Translations under genes and position numbers: made by a program
Assembly: GCA_009859145.1 (NCBI GenBank)
Contig: VRVR01000012.1
Span: 316,119 to 380,118 of the forward strand
Length of the DNA stretch: 64,000 nucleotides
Direction: 5' to 3'
Source: Andalucia godoyi And28
Taxonomy: Eukaryota > Protista > Jakobida
The notes under the pieces: generated by a model
Told to the model about the DNA's origin: nothing
The model's input: the letters and a program-made list of their open reading frames with translations, nothing else
Database searches by the model: none
Part shown: positions 53,847-64,000 of the stretch, piece after piece
Layout: the number at the start of each line of letters is the position of its first letter
Position numbering within the stretch: the first letter of the stretch is position 1

Positions 53847-55493
53847 ATGGAGCCGAATGCTTGCAAAGCCTTCTGGGAGTCAGTGCAATCCAGACCTCTC
53901 GATTTGCTATTCTGGCTGAGCTGGCTCTCTCCAGATCCTAGTTTCCCAAACACGTCGAACCACGCCCATGCAACGATTTCGGACTCCGTGCTGCTGAATA
54001 ATGGAAAACCGAAAAAATGGTACTTCACAGACCACGACGGATGCTTGAGACAGAAGAAGAAGGATAATTTATCGTATCATAGAATATTGGACACATTTTC
54101 GAGATCACAAACGCATCATTTGGGGCAAGTTCATGGGGCATCTGTTCCTGTTGCTATTTTCTATCGAAGAATGGCGGATCATGTTGTTAGTTCACAGGCT
54201 GACGCGTCTTCATCGCCGCAACAGCCGCTGCAGTCTCCCAACACGGATCTCATCCCGCCCACGCACATCCTGCCCTTCATTTCAGCATCCGATAGAAAGA
54301 AAATGAACCGGCCTCCGAAGCAGTGTTTCGGGGAAGAAGAGGCGGTGCCTGGGGAAAAAGATGTGGTTCGCATGTTTCTTCATGCGGAGGGACTGAAGGA
54401 GTTCTGCGGGCTATGTGAAACCGGAGGCATCTCTCCCACCGGCCTTTTGGTCAAGTTTGTGCCGTGTGCATCGCAGGTGACATGTGTACGGGTCAGTATG
54501 GTACGCGATCGTGTTGTTTCGTTGGAGTCTGTTCGGAACGTGAATGAAATTCGAGATCCCGTGTTCAGCATGCGGCAGCGGGCCTCGACGGAGTCCTGGC
54601 AGTACACCCGCCTGCTCCATCCGTCCAAGACTCTCGAGATTCAAGTTCGATTTCAAGCAGAACACCTTATGCGACACATTATTTCGGTTGTCGAAAGCAG
54701 AACAACTGTGGGAAACCGAATTCGAAAGTCGATTCGTGCCTGTTCGTTTTATTTTCACATTGACAGTACCAGCTCACCGGTTCTTGTCTGGACCTCGCCG
54801 AATGCAATCGAGTTTGGCGACTACAATTCCATCGACAAGCAAATCAGCGTAACAGGCGCGCGAGTAGTCCAAACAACCGGCAGTTACAACAACGCAGCAC
54901 CGGTGAAATCCGCACCGGAGGCGAATCGCAAGGACCGAGGCTCTGCGGCGGATCCGCCAAACGCCGCTGCTCCACCTGAGAGCACCACCGTGAACGCGCC
55001 AGCTCCCACGACTGCCGATGGCATGCAGATTCGGCCATACGTCGAGAAGCGGCCGCATCGTGATTCGCTTTCGACTGTTCAAGATGCCAAGTCTTTTAAA
55101 CGTCGAACGGATGCGTTTCGATTGATGACCGATTCAGAAAAGAAGCGGTCTCGAAGAAATTTGTCTAGCGGGCAGGTCTACTATCCACCTGGTGTGGAGC
55201 CGATGCGGGACCCTGGACCAATGTTTCCCGAGCCGTTTGTTAAGAACCATCACGCAGGCGAGTCTCCCAAAGCGATTGTTGTGAAAGAGCAACCACAGCC
55301 CAGGACTGTTCCTCGCGAGCGTGTTTCTCATTCGAAGAAGCCGCGAAAGCAGCCTTCGCCGTCAGATAACGAGGTCGATGGGTGGAATTCCCGGTCCGCA
55401 TCGAGAAATCGCAGCCCGATTCTCGCAACTTACGTCAATGGCTCTTCTGCATATGTGTCTCCTGGATTTGTTCTGCCAGTTATTCAGGCGTAG
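53847..55493 (+). CDS. Uncharacterised protein (548 aa) with an ATP-grasp-like region related to the 26634-30605 gene
   Basis: ISDSVLLNNGKPKKWYFTDHDG, LLVKFVP..CVRV and SFYFHID parallel motifs in the 1323-aa protein. Confidence 0.65.
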   Translation: MEPNACKAFWESVQSRPLDLLFWLSWLSPDPSFPNTSNHAHATISDSVLLNNGKPKKWYFTDHDGCLRQKKKDNLSYHRILDTFSRSQTHHLGQVHGASVPVAIFYRRMADHVVSSQADASSSPQQPLQSPNTDLIPPTHILPFISASDRKKMNRPPKQCFGEEEAVPGEKDVVRMFLHAEGLKEFCGLCETGGISPTGLLVKFVPCASQVTCVRVSMVRDRVVSLESVRNVNEIRDPVFSMRQRASTESWQYTRLLHPSKTLEIQVRFQAEHLMRHIISVVESRTTVGNRIRKSIRACSFYFHIDSTSSPVLVWTSPNAIEFGDYNSIDKQISVTGARVVQTTGSYNNAAPVKSAPEANRKDRGSAADPPNAAAPPESTTVNAPAPTTADGMQIRPYVEKRPHRDSLSTVQDAKSFKRRTDAFRLMTDSEKKRSRRNLSSGQVYYPPGVEPMRDPGPMFPEPFVKNHHAGESPKAIVVKEQPQPRTVPRERVSHSKKPRKQPSPSDNEVDGWNSRSASRNRSPILATYVNGSSAYVSPGFVLPVIQA

Positions 55494-55654
55494 GGGTCCA
55501 ATTTTGTTTACTGTTTATCTTTGTATTTCATTTTATTTTTTTCCCTCCGCATTCTGTCGTGTTTCTGTTCTGTCGAGCCCACCTACTTACATACAAACAT
55601 ACGTACAAACACACATACATACATACATACTGTTCGTTCGCTCATTATCACGCT

Positions 55655-57430
55655 TTACGGATCTATACCTGCATTCAACACTGAATCAGCATTGTCTGGC
55701 TCGCTCACAATCTTTCTTCGTTTGGAGGGTCGCGAAACCATCGGTGGTATCGCCGAATTTCGTGCCAGCAGCACGGTACTCATTGGTTGCGGCAGCTTCA
55801 GAAAATCCTCGCCTACCGACATGACAACTGTCTCTAGCATTTTTGCCCAGCGGTTGCTGAATGACTTGCTTTCTGGCCAACAGACCCCCGACTTTGCAGC
55901 GGCGTAAGCATCCTTCATGCACGACAGGTTTGCTTTCGATACAACGTCGTGATCGACACACGGCGAAGGGTAATCTTGGCCAATAATGCACTTCGCCTTT
56001 ATCTGCACGTCCAAAGGTGCCTTCCAGGGCTCGTAGATGTACTGCGGAGGAAAGCCAGCAAGACATGGAAGAAAGTGCTTCACATATCTACCGTCAGGAT
56101 CCGTCTTTTTCGGAAATGCGATGGGCGAATATACACGGAAATACTGGTGAAAAAATGCAGAAGCTGAAAGCCACAGCCAGTTCCCGTTATTCAGCGCCCA
56201 GTCCGCATCCACCAAGTACTTGTCAAAAACATCACGGCCAGCTTCCCATGAGCAGAAAAGCTGGCCTCGAGTCAAGAAGCAGGCAACTGCGTGTCGAGTA
56301 AGATGGTGCATCCAACCCTCTTCGCGCAGCTGCGTCATGGCCGCATCAATCCAAGGATATCCGGTTTCTGCATTCTCCCATTTGCGAACCAATTCGGTTT
56401 CTGCGTCGGAAGCTGACGGTTGCAGATGGCTTCCCTGCGCTCCTGAATACCGCTTCCAGGGGATCTGCAAGCACAACTGATTGTGCTGCATGGAATCAAA
56501 GCCCGGGGAACATCCCCAGGAAACCATGTAGAAGAATTCTCTCCAGAGTAGTTGGCCATCAAGAGAAACGGGTGGCCTCGAGGTCTTCACATGCTTTGGA
56601 GCCTTCTCGATTGCCTTTTGGATCTGATGATACAGCAGTCGCGAAGACAAGCACCCAAACTTCAGATACGGCGACAGCTGGGTTGTCGACGCTGGACCGA
56701 AATCCGTTGGTGCAGTGCGAGGCTTTTCAAAAGTCCAGATATCCCTAACCCGTTCATCTACCCACTTCGTCATGATTTCCAGTCCCTTTGACTCGCCTCC
56801 TGAGAACGGAAAAGACGAGCAGTTGCCGTTCTTTTTGAATTCAGCTTCCAACAAATCAGTTCCTTTGTGAAGTGACGAGAAATAGCTCATGTCATACGAC
56901 GGCACTCGCTGAGGCTGGTTGAGCGGTAGCAGCGGGCCCCGAGGAGCGAACTTGGACATGGCGTTGAGGAACGTCTGGTACGTTTTCGGAGGAGAGCCGT
57001 CGTTGGCATGGATGATGTCGTCCGGGTCGAACAGTGTATGGCTTGTTGGCACATACATCTTCACTGATTTCGAGTGCTGATAAACGGACTGAAGAATCGC
57101 CTCGTCCCGGTCCATCGCATACGGTTCCGTATCTCGTTCAAAGCACAGCTTACAAATACCGAGATCGCGAACGAGTTTCGGAATCAAGTCAACTGGGTTT
57201 CCATGCAGCACAATTAATCGAGACTGGAATTTCTGGTGCAACTGGCGATCAAGATCCACGAGAGCTTCATGCAGAAACTTCAAACGCACAGGCCCAACTC
57301 GTCCGGATTTCACAAACCATGGATCCAGTACAAACACCGGAAATACTTCGTCGGCGCCGTCAGCGGCATAGATTAAAGCAGGATTATCGTGCAGTCGAAG
57401 ACATTTCCGAAACCACAACAAAGATCTCAT
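55655..57430 (-). CDS. (6-4) photolyase / animal-like cryptochrome
   Basis: WFRKCLRLHDNPAL, TTQLSPYLKFGCLSSR, EGWMHHLTRHAVACFLTRG, DADWALNNGNWLWLS and YIYEPWKAP. First ATG at 57430. Confidence 0.93.
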   Translation of the reverse strand: MRSLLWFRKCLRLHDNPALIYAADGADEVFPVFVLDPWFVKSGRVGPVRLKFLHEALVDLDRQLHQKFQSRLIVLHGNPVDLIPKLVRDLGICKLCFERDTEPYAMDRDEAILQSVYQHSKSVKMYVPTSHTLFDPDDIIHANDGSPPKTYQTFLNAMSKFAPRGPLLPLNQPQRVPSYDMSYFSSLHKGTDLLEAEFKKNGNCSSFPFSGGESKGLEIMTKWVDERVRDIWTFEKPRTAPTDFGPASTTQLSPYLKFGCLSSRLLYHQIQKAIEKAPKHVKTSRPPVSLDGQLLWREFFYMVSWGCSPGFDSMQHNQLCLQIPWKRYSGAQGSHLQPSASDAETELVRKWENAETGYPWIDAAMTQLREEGWMHHLTRHAVACFLTRGQLFCSWEAGRDVFDKYLVDADWALNNGNWLWLSASAFFHQYFRVYSPIAFPKKTDPDGRYVKHFLPCLAGFPPQYIYEPWKAPLDVQIKAKCIIGQDYPSPCVDHDVVSKANLSCMKDAYAAAKSGVCWPESKSFSNRWAKMLETVVMSVGEDFLKLPQPMSTVLLARNSAIPPMVSRPSKRRKIVSEPDNADSVLNAGIDP

Positions 57431-58061
57431 CCTAGTCAACCCTCTACTTTCATCAAGATTCTGTACTTTGATGTCCGTCGGAGAATGAACGCAAGAAGAA
57501 AATGGAAATAATGAATGAAATGAGCGAGAGTGAGTGTGAGAGAGAAATTTAAGGTTATAGAGAGAAAGAGAAGGAGAAAGAGAGAGAGAAGAGATGATGC
57601 GAAAACGAGGAAAAATGGATTCGCGACGTTTATGCCTTTGCCGGAAAACGCAAACAGAATTGCCGATTCCGCCGTCAATTCCGCACGTTACAAAAAGGCA
57701 TTAGGGCACCACCGGGGGGAGGGGGGACTGTGCAGCACGCACGGCGGCACGGCATGCTGGCTTGGGTTCTGTAGAAGACGTGCGGCCACACAAGAATTGA
57801 ATGGTCGGCTAGTGTGCATTTTCACGTCGCGTCTGTACCTGCGGCAATCGAGCAACAGAACAGATGCGGAACAAAAAAAAATTAAAAAATGAGGCACGAT
57901 TCGGGGAGTGCTATGTATGTGTGGGTAGTGCGCCTGCTCGATCGATCAACAGACAGAGTACGTATGACCTAGCGTAAATAAAATGCATCGCATCAACTTT
58001 TTTAAAAACAGGACGAGAGAGAAGAAGAGAAAAGGGAGAAAAGAATAATATGAAGAGCATC

Positions 58062-59231
58062 TTATTTGATCGGGTAAACACGAACCATGACGGCCGCGTG
58101 CGGACGAACCTTGGCACCGTAGGAACCGACTGATTTGGCGGAAACCGTCTTGCCAAGCCAGAGGTCGTCTACGCGAGCAGGGGTCGAATGATCAAGTCCG
58201 ATCTTGGTCCACTGGGCAGAAATGAACGTTTCCGACGTGCCCAGGTTGAGGAGAACGACAGCAATTGAGCCATCGGTCATTGGCTTTGACCACACTTGTG
58301 CATTTTTGAAGATTCCCTGCGAGTCACGAAGGTCTCCGCCTTTACACGACGGATCCTGGCTGACCGCAATGACATCCTTGTTCGTCAGCACTTGGAGAGC
58401 CGTCGCAGACATGTTTCGGACATCGTTGCCAAGAATCAACGGCGACGACAAAAGCGACCACATTGAAAAGTGGGCAATGTATTCGTCGTCTGTCATTCCA
58501 CCCTTGTTGAAGCACTCCAGCATGTCATAGTCCGGATACGATCCGCACCGAACATACCCCGACTTTCCGCGGGCGTCATTCAAGATGGACACGACGGAGT
58601 CCCATGAATCTCGAATGTCCGGTGTCATTCTGTACGAGTTCCATCCCTGCGACGGGGCCCATGTGTACGGGTTGTCCACCCCCCACTCACACTGTGATAG
58701 AATGAGACTCGGGGCGACTTTACCAAACACTGCCGCAATCTGCCCAAACCGAGTCTTGGTGTCCATTCCGGTTGTGTAGCAGTTGTCGATCTTGACATAG
58801 TCCCAGAGCGTTGCAAAGTACGCTGCATCCACTGCATCGTATCCCGAGAGGCCCGGGCGTCCTTGGCAAGTCTTGGTCCCTGCGCAAGTGTAGATACCAA
58901 ACTTCAGCCCTTTGGACTTCACATAGTCTGCTAGCGCAGGAAGCCCCGACGGAAAGTTCTTGGCGTCTGCAATCAGCTGTCCAGTGTTCGCGTCCCGAGA
59001 CGTGAACACACAGTCATCGAGATTGAGATGGGTGTATCCCGCATCGCGCAGCCCAGTTGTCACAAGCGCATCGGCGGTCTCCCGAATCAGCGCTTCATTG
59101 ATGTTGCATCCAAACGAATTCCACGTATTCCATCCCATCACCGGAGCCTTGAGCCCCACTGAAGACTCTCCCAATCGAGCACAAACACCCAACAAAACGA
59201 GCACTGCCAACACCAATCCAAGGCTCTTCAT
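58062..59231 (-). CDS. Alpha-galactosidase, glycoside hydrolase family 27
   Basis: Signal peptide, PVMGWNTWN, NLDDC, YVKIDNC (nucleophile), RMTPDI (acid/base) and HFSMWSLLSSPLILGND. Confidence 0.95.
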   Translation of the reverse strand: MKSLGLVLAVLVLLGVCARLGESSVGLKAPVMGWNTWNSFGCNINEALIRETADALVTTGLRDAGYTHLNLDDCVFTSRDANTGQLIADAKNFPSGLPALADYVKSKGLKFGIYTCAGTKTCQGRPGLSGYDAVDAAYFATLWDYVKIDNCYTTGMDTKTRFGQIAAVFGKVAPSLILSQCEWGVDNPYTWAPSQGWNSYRMTPDIRDSWDSVVSILNDARGKSGYVRCGSYPDYDMLECFNKGGMTDDEYIAHFSMWSLLSSPLILGNDVRNMSATALQVLTNKDVIAVSQDPSCKGGDLRDSQGIFKNAQVWSKPMTDGSIAVVLLNLGTSETFISAQWTKIGLDHSTPARVDDLWLGKTVSAKSVGSYGAKVRPHAAVMVRVYPIK

Positions 59232-59484
59232 CTCTGTTCAATCGCGCCAACACACACACACACGCGCATATATATGCACGCACACACAAAAACACGGGAT
59301 GTGGACGCTTGGGCCGACGGAGAAGTCTGGTCGGGAATAAAAAATAAAATTGATGTGGGAGACGTTTTTCTCGATTGGGGGAAATTGTCCGACATAAGAA
59401 GACCTTTTTAAGGGGAGAAAAAGCGGATACAGCGGTTTTTTCGATTGGAGTTGCTTTAATATTAGATAGTGGAACAGTTAGGAG

Positions 59485-60062
59485 CGCCTACATTGTACAC
59501 TGAACATGCATATATATACGAATAGACATGCATATTCAATCCTGCATCCCGTTGCCGCGAAGGGGATAGGCCCCCAACACGCCTCACGGCGCTCTTCAGA
59601 TAAATGCTCCGCGCTCCGTTCCCAATCTCGATCAATCCGTGAGCCACTTTCTCAGCGTGACACGTTGTTCCTGAGAAGGGTGCATTTGGATTCTGACGGC
59701 CCTAGCAGCAGGCGCTTTCGTGTCCTCAGTTGCAGCGATTGGTGCAACTGGAGATACGAGAGGAAGAGGCGGTAGGAAGACGGCGGGGTTTTGCGACTGC
59801 GACTGCGACTGCGCCTGGTGCACTGGCAGCAGAAAGCCACGAGTTCTGCAAGAGACGGTCCCTGAGGCTTCTGCTTGGGATTGGCTACCCTGCGTGCTGG
59901 GGATTGTAGATCATTTCTTGGAAGTTCGCCTCTTGGCAGCGCGCTGAACGAATGATAGATGGCTACGCGTAAGCACGAATTCCCTGTGAAAACAGACGTG
60001 CTAGTGTCGGCCAGTATTGGCCGTGTCTGTTTATGTATTCTTCCATATGCATGACAATGATG
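59485..60062 (-). mobile_element. Non-autonomous TnpB/Fanzor2-derived element, copy 2 (HTH joined to frameshifted RuvC-III; zinc finger deleted)
   Basis: Same HTH as copy 1, then ATT GAT CGA GAT TGG [G] AAC GGA GCG CGG AGC ATT TAT CTG AAG = IDRDW(+1)NGARSIYLK at 59636-59594. Confidence 0.85.
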
Positions 60063-60080
60063 TGCTATTATTCATCGGCG

Positions 60081-60638
60081 TCAGTTACCGGCAAGACGAA
60101 CGTACTCTGAGGGCATTTGAATGGTGGATCGTTTTGCGTCTCGGACTCGAAGGATCTGTCCGACGAACGGCATTACTTCGTATCGCACCTCGAATCGGAC
60201 AACAGCGTTGCGCAGATCCTCTCCAGGAAACATAAACTTTGATCTCTGTCCTTTGAGATCAAGCTGCGTTCCATGCACAATAAGCGTAGGTCTGTGCACG
60301 GAAGACTCGTCTGGATAGTTCGGAGAGACGATCGCATCGTGGACCGTGAAGTACGACCCGTCCACTGAGTGCGCAACGACCTGTATTTGAACTTGTTTTG
60401 CATTCCAATACGATCCAAAGAGCGCACTCGCATCAACCGACAAATCAAATGAAAAAAGCGCAACGTCTACACTGTGTCGATTTGAAAACACGACCGGCCC
60501 ATGGATGCGCAGATCCGTAATGGACAGTGGCGGCGGTGGATACAGCATCGATGACGCAGAGAACAGCGCAATCAGCATCGAGAGTGCTGTCAGACTGTGA
60601 GACAGCACTGACGCTCCACGCGATAGAAACGGCAACAT
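60081..60638 (-). CDS. SPCS3: Signal peptidase complex subunit 3 (SPC22/23)
   Basis: MLPFLSRGASVLSHSL N-terminal TM, FDLSVDASALFGSYWNAKQV and DLRNAVVRFEVRYEVMPFVG..MPSEY. ATG at 60638. Confidence 0.8.
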   Translation of the reverse strand: MLPFLSRGASVLSHSLTALSMLIALFSASSMLYPPPPLSITDLRIHGPVVFSNRHSVDVALFSFDLSVDASALFGSYWNAKQVQIQVVAHSVDGSYFTVHDAIVSPNYPDESSVHRPTLIVHGTQLDLKGQRSKFMFPGEDLRNAVVRFEVRYEVMPFVGQILRVRDAKRSTIQMPSEYVRLAGN

Positions 60639-60656
60639 ATATGTAAACACACTCTG

Positions 60657-60674
60657 CACACACACACACACACA

Positions 60675-60751
<77 letters not shown>
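60657..60751. repeat. Compound (CA)n/(CT)n microsatellite
   Basis: Alternating CA and CT tracts upstream of SPCS3. Confidence 0.9.
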
Positions 60752-60756
<5 letters not shown>

Positions 60757-60925
60757 GTCCTGATCGACTCCAGCAATTTGCAGAAGGGACGCAGGTGGTG
60801 TACTTGCCTGAATCGATGTTGTCGAGGGAGATTGATCATGCATGAGGCATCTACGGCTGATTTTTGACATCCTCTAAAATTAAAGTTAAAGATGACAACA
60901 AACAGAGAGAGAGAGAGAGAGAGGT

Positions 60926-62330
60926 TTACTTGGGTTGCGCAGGCTTAAAGACAGCGGAGGCGCGTCTCCATACGGCGCTAGGATTGGTAATTCCTTTGGT
61001 TTTTGCAAGGTCATAGACATCTGAGCGTGACACCCAGGCACAGACACCGTCGTCCGTGACCATGTCAAAGTAGCCGGAGCTTGCCCATTGCTGCATCTCG
61101 AGTTCGGAGCACGGCCCGTGAACTTGCGTCTGCGGCCCGTCGGCAGCGGTGTCCCACTTCATCCTGTATGTGTGTTGCACGGGCGCGGCGGCTGGAAACC
61201 TCGCTTCATACCGTTTGCGGACAGCCTCGCGGACTTCGGAGTACACTTCGGAATAGCTGCGGGAAACAAGAAAATCAGCAGCCTCCACAACGTCGTCAAA
61301 GTCCAGCTTCTGACCGGACTTCCCCAGTCGAATAATAGCCTCGTTCACCGCTTCTCCGGGAGCCAGGTGCTCCAAGAGGGTCTGGTACGATTCCTTTTCT
61401 TGCTGCATGACAGACACGCGGGACTCCATCGCGCGGACTTGGCGGTCCGCTCGGTCGAGCCGCTCCACTGATGACTCGGAGATGCGAGCGACGGCGGATG
61501 GATCCCATGAATCAGCGTTCGCGAACCCATCGCTCTCATCGCTTTCATCATCTTCTGTTTTTTGCTTGCGGACGCTGGATCCCGAGGCGTTCGTCCCTTT
61601 CTCAACGTACCCAGCCTTCCTTCGTTTGGCTTTCTTCCGGCTTTCAGAATCCCCTATGAAATTCATGTGTGTATCAAAGACTCCCGCTTCTCGTTCATCA
61701 TTCATGTTGAACGGCTCGATGGGCACGTCACACTCAGACCGTGTGTCAAACAAACTCTGTACTCGTCGTTTGCGACTCTCTGCATCACTCTCCCCGCTCC
61801 CGGCTCCAGCACGCTTCTGTTCCTTCTCCATCTGGTCTGCCTCCTCGCCATCTTCTTCTCCTTCAACATAAAATCCACTTGCATCCGTTCGGACAACTCC
61901 AATATCATCGGATATTCCGAGCTACGAGGATTTCCAAATAAACAGCATGTTTTTTCCCCCAGTAAGCTTCAGCACAGCACCATTTGAAAAGAGATGAAGA
62001 AAAAATAAATAAATGCAATAGACACAATTGAAAATGCCTATGCATGTGTGCAGAACATACCTTCTCGACACCAACACCTTGCCCAGAGCGCAGTCTGCGC
62101 AGCCTCTCACGCTTATCCAGCACACTTTGCTCTATCTCTTCATTCATGTGGCATATCTTTTGATGTTTATGCTCCCGGCTGCACAGTGCACGCACAAACG
62201 GACTGTTTCTCCATTCTCGTTGAACTCGGCACATTTCGTGTGGAGGAGTCCTTGCTGTTGAGTTGAGTTCCCGCTCGCAAAATGGATCATCATCGGATAA
62301 GCTGTCACCAAAGACAGATCCAAGCCACAT
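60926..62330 (-). CDS. CD2BP2: U5 snRNP 52K / CD2BP2 / Lin1 homologue; complement(join(60926..61921,62061..62330)); start could be 62147
   Basis: IEPFNMNDEREAGVFD..NFI and a C-terminal GYF-like VHGPCSELEMQQWASSGYF. A phase-0 GTATGT..TAG intron at 61922-62060 extends the ORF upstream in frame. Confidence 0.8.
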
Positions 62331-62668
62331 GTGTTCTGTTTTTAATATTTAATTTGGGACGAGCACCAACTCTTCAATGCAGATTTTCTCTGCATCAAAG
62401 GGTCGTCGCTTCTTCGCTTGCTTGCCGGGAGGGGTTTGTGCAACGTTTAATTTACATATCCCGCATCTAAGGCCTGTTGGCCGAAAACAAGGAACCTACG
62501 GATATTTCTGAAAAGCACAGGTATCAGTACAACGACAACGACAACGACGCTGCAATGCACTGGTGTGGACGATCCGTCTTTCCATCCGATATTGACTCCC
62601 TCCGTTCTCTCATCTCTCATTCCTTCTTGCACAAACTTTTGCCCATCCAGACCTTTTCTTCTTCTTCT

Positions 62669-62671
<3 letters not shown>

Positions 62672-62729
<58 letters not shown>
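62672..62729. repeat. (CA)n microsatellite
   Basis: Uninterrupted CA tract. Confidence 0.92.
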
Positions 62730-62740
<11 letters not shown>

Positions 62741-62844
62741 ACAGACACACACATCTCCACAAATAAAAATACAACACTGACCGGCGACACGCTCGACAAA
62801 TCCTCCGCGAGCCGTCCACGACACACTGCAAACGTACGCTAGAC

Positions 62845-63501
62845 TTACGCGTCCACCGCGGTTCGTGATGACGTTCTTGGGCTTTGGGAAGCCTTAGCTG
62901 GTGGTGTTCTTCCAGCGGATGCGGGCCTGACGCGGCTGTTGAACGACGGCTTCACCAAGTTGCCCTCGATTGAATTTCCGTAGGCACCAGGTCCGACATT
63001 GTCGAAGCGATCCGACTTGCGAGCAAAGACGTCGTTGGCAACCGACCCGAAGAGCCAGTCCGCTCTGGTCTCCTTAGGCAACTGGACCTTGACCCTGGAG
63101 TTTCTGAATGATTTTTTCGTGTTGAAGGACGAATATTCCATTGCATCCGACGAAGACATTGCAAAGCCTGTGTTCGAAGTCGGCTGTCGCGGAGACTTTG
63201 CAAACGAAAACGCGGGCTGTTTGGGCTTTGTGGAGCTTGATTCCACACGGTCCACGCTGTACTGGCCCGGCGCAGGCTTCATATCCGGCATCGGAGCAAT
63301 GGAAATGCCGTCTGGTGACAAAATCGACGCAATCCACGAGTCACGACCATCCGAAAGAGGAGATCGAGATGCAGATGGGGATGTGTGTGGATGAGCAGGG
63401 GACTTGACAGGTGTCTGTGCATTCGGGCTCTGGGCGGACGGAGACCGGCACATGGACGCTGGAGATCTAGGTGCAATTAGAGGGGCGGGGCGACCAAGCA
63501 T
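62845..63501 (-). CDS. ODF3/SHIPPO (PGxY) repeat protein, probably axonemal
   Basis: PAPGQYSVD..PAFSF and VGPGAYG..SFNSRV repeats. Confidence 0.6.
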   Translation of the reverse strand: MLGRPAPLIAPRSPASMCRSPSAQSPNAQTPVKSPAHPHTSPSASRSPLSDGRDSWIASILSPDGISIAPMPDMKPAPGQYSVDRVESSSTKPKQPAFSFAKSPRQPTSNTGFAMSSSDAMEYSSFNTKKSFRNSRVKVQLPKETRADWLFGSVANDVFARKSDRFDNVGPGAYGNSIEGNLVKPSFNSRVRPASAGRTPPAKASQSPRTSSRTAVDA

Positions 63502-64000
63502 CGTAGACTTTTCAACGCCGTCTGCCAGGAATCACAAAATACAATGAAACATGTAAGCAGGTCTGATAATAGTGATCATGTCGCTTTCGGCTGAGAGTGA
63601 ACAGCAACGCCAACAGCAACAGCAACAGCAATAGGAATAGGAGTAGAGAGAGGAGTGTGGAAATGACATACACTGTCCAGGAGATGGAGTCGGGTCCTTT
63701 TCCGCTTGGAGTCTTTCGAACCGAGGACTTGCAGCAAACAGCATTTCGAACGATGTGATGCGAGCAATGAAGCAAACGAATGGAGAAAACGCAGGAAAAC
63801 TTCGCCGACGACGAGAAAAAGTGAAAGTGAAAATAAGAATTTAAATTTAAAAAAAAAAACAAAATAAAACAACAACAACACTGGAGATCGAGGAAAGAAC
63901 TGTCAGGCGTGAAAACAGCAACAAGGCGGGTTCAGCGAGAGACCGGGGAAAGGGAGAGGCGGAGAGATGATGGAGATGGAGGGAGTTTGGACTTTTTGGT

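Overview
Gene-dense eukaryotic nuclear DNA from an intron-poor, flagellated, mitochondrion-bearing protist. All three stop codons terminate conserved genes, so the standard code applies. The few introns are 120-185 nt with GTATGT/GTATGC donors. A jakobid-like organism is plausible but is inference only. About 30 protein genes are present: a LicD-like phosphotransferase, site-1 protease, mitochondrial phosphate carrier, Oxa1/YidC, a 3-exon kinesin, Sct1/Gpt2-type acyltransferase, eIF5A, Rab32/38, DNAAF3, COG6, an Ntn-hydrolase, BCKDH E1-beta, a kelch protein, a (6-4) photolyase/cryptochrome, GH27 alpha-galactosidase, SPCS3, CD2BP2, an ODF3/SHIPPO-repeat protein, two twin-CX9C proteins and several orphans. 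The main discovery is two related ~0.6 kb non-autonomous elements (about 38059-38677 and 59485-60062, minus strand) derived from a TnpB/Fanzor2-type RNA-guided nuclease gene. Each lost a different piece. Copy 1 keeps the zinc finger and copy 2 keeps the frameshifted RuvC-III motif DRDWNGAR. Both keep the N-terminal HTH segment and a strand-biased 3' hairpin where an omegaRNA scaffold is expected. Copy 1 is also bracketed by a 13-bp direct repeat. A second highlight is an unidentified ~300-nt structured RNA candidate at 53185-53485. No database searches or folding programs were run; family calls rest on motifs read by eye.
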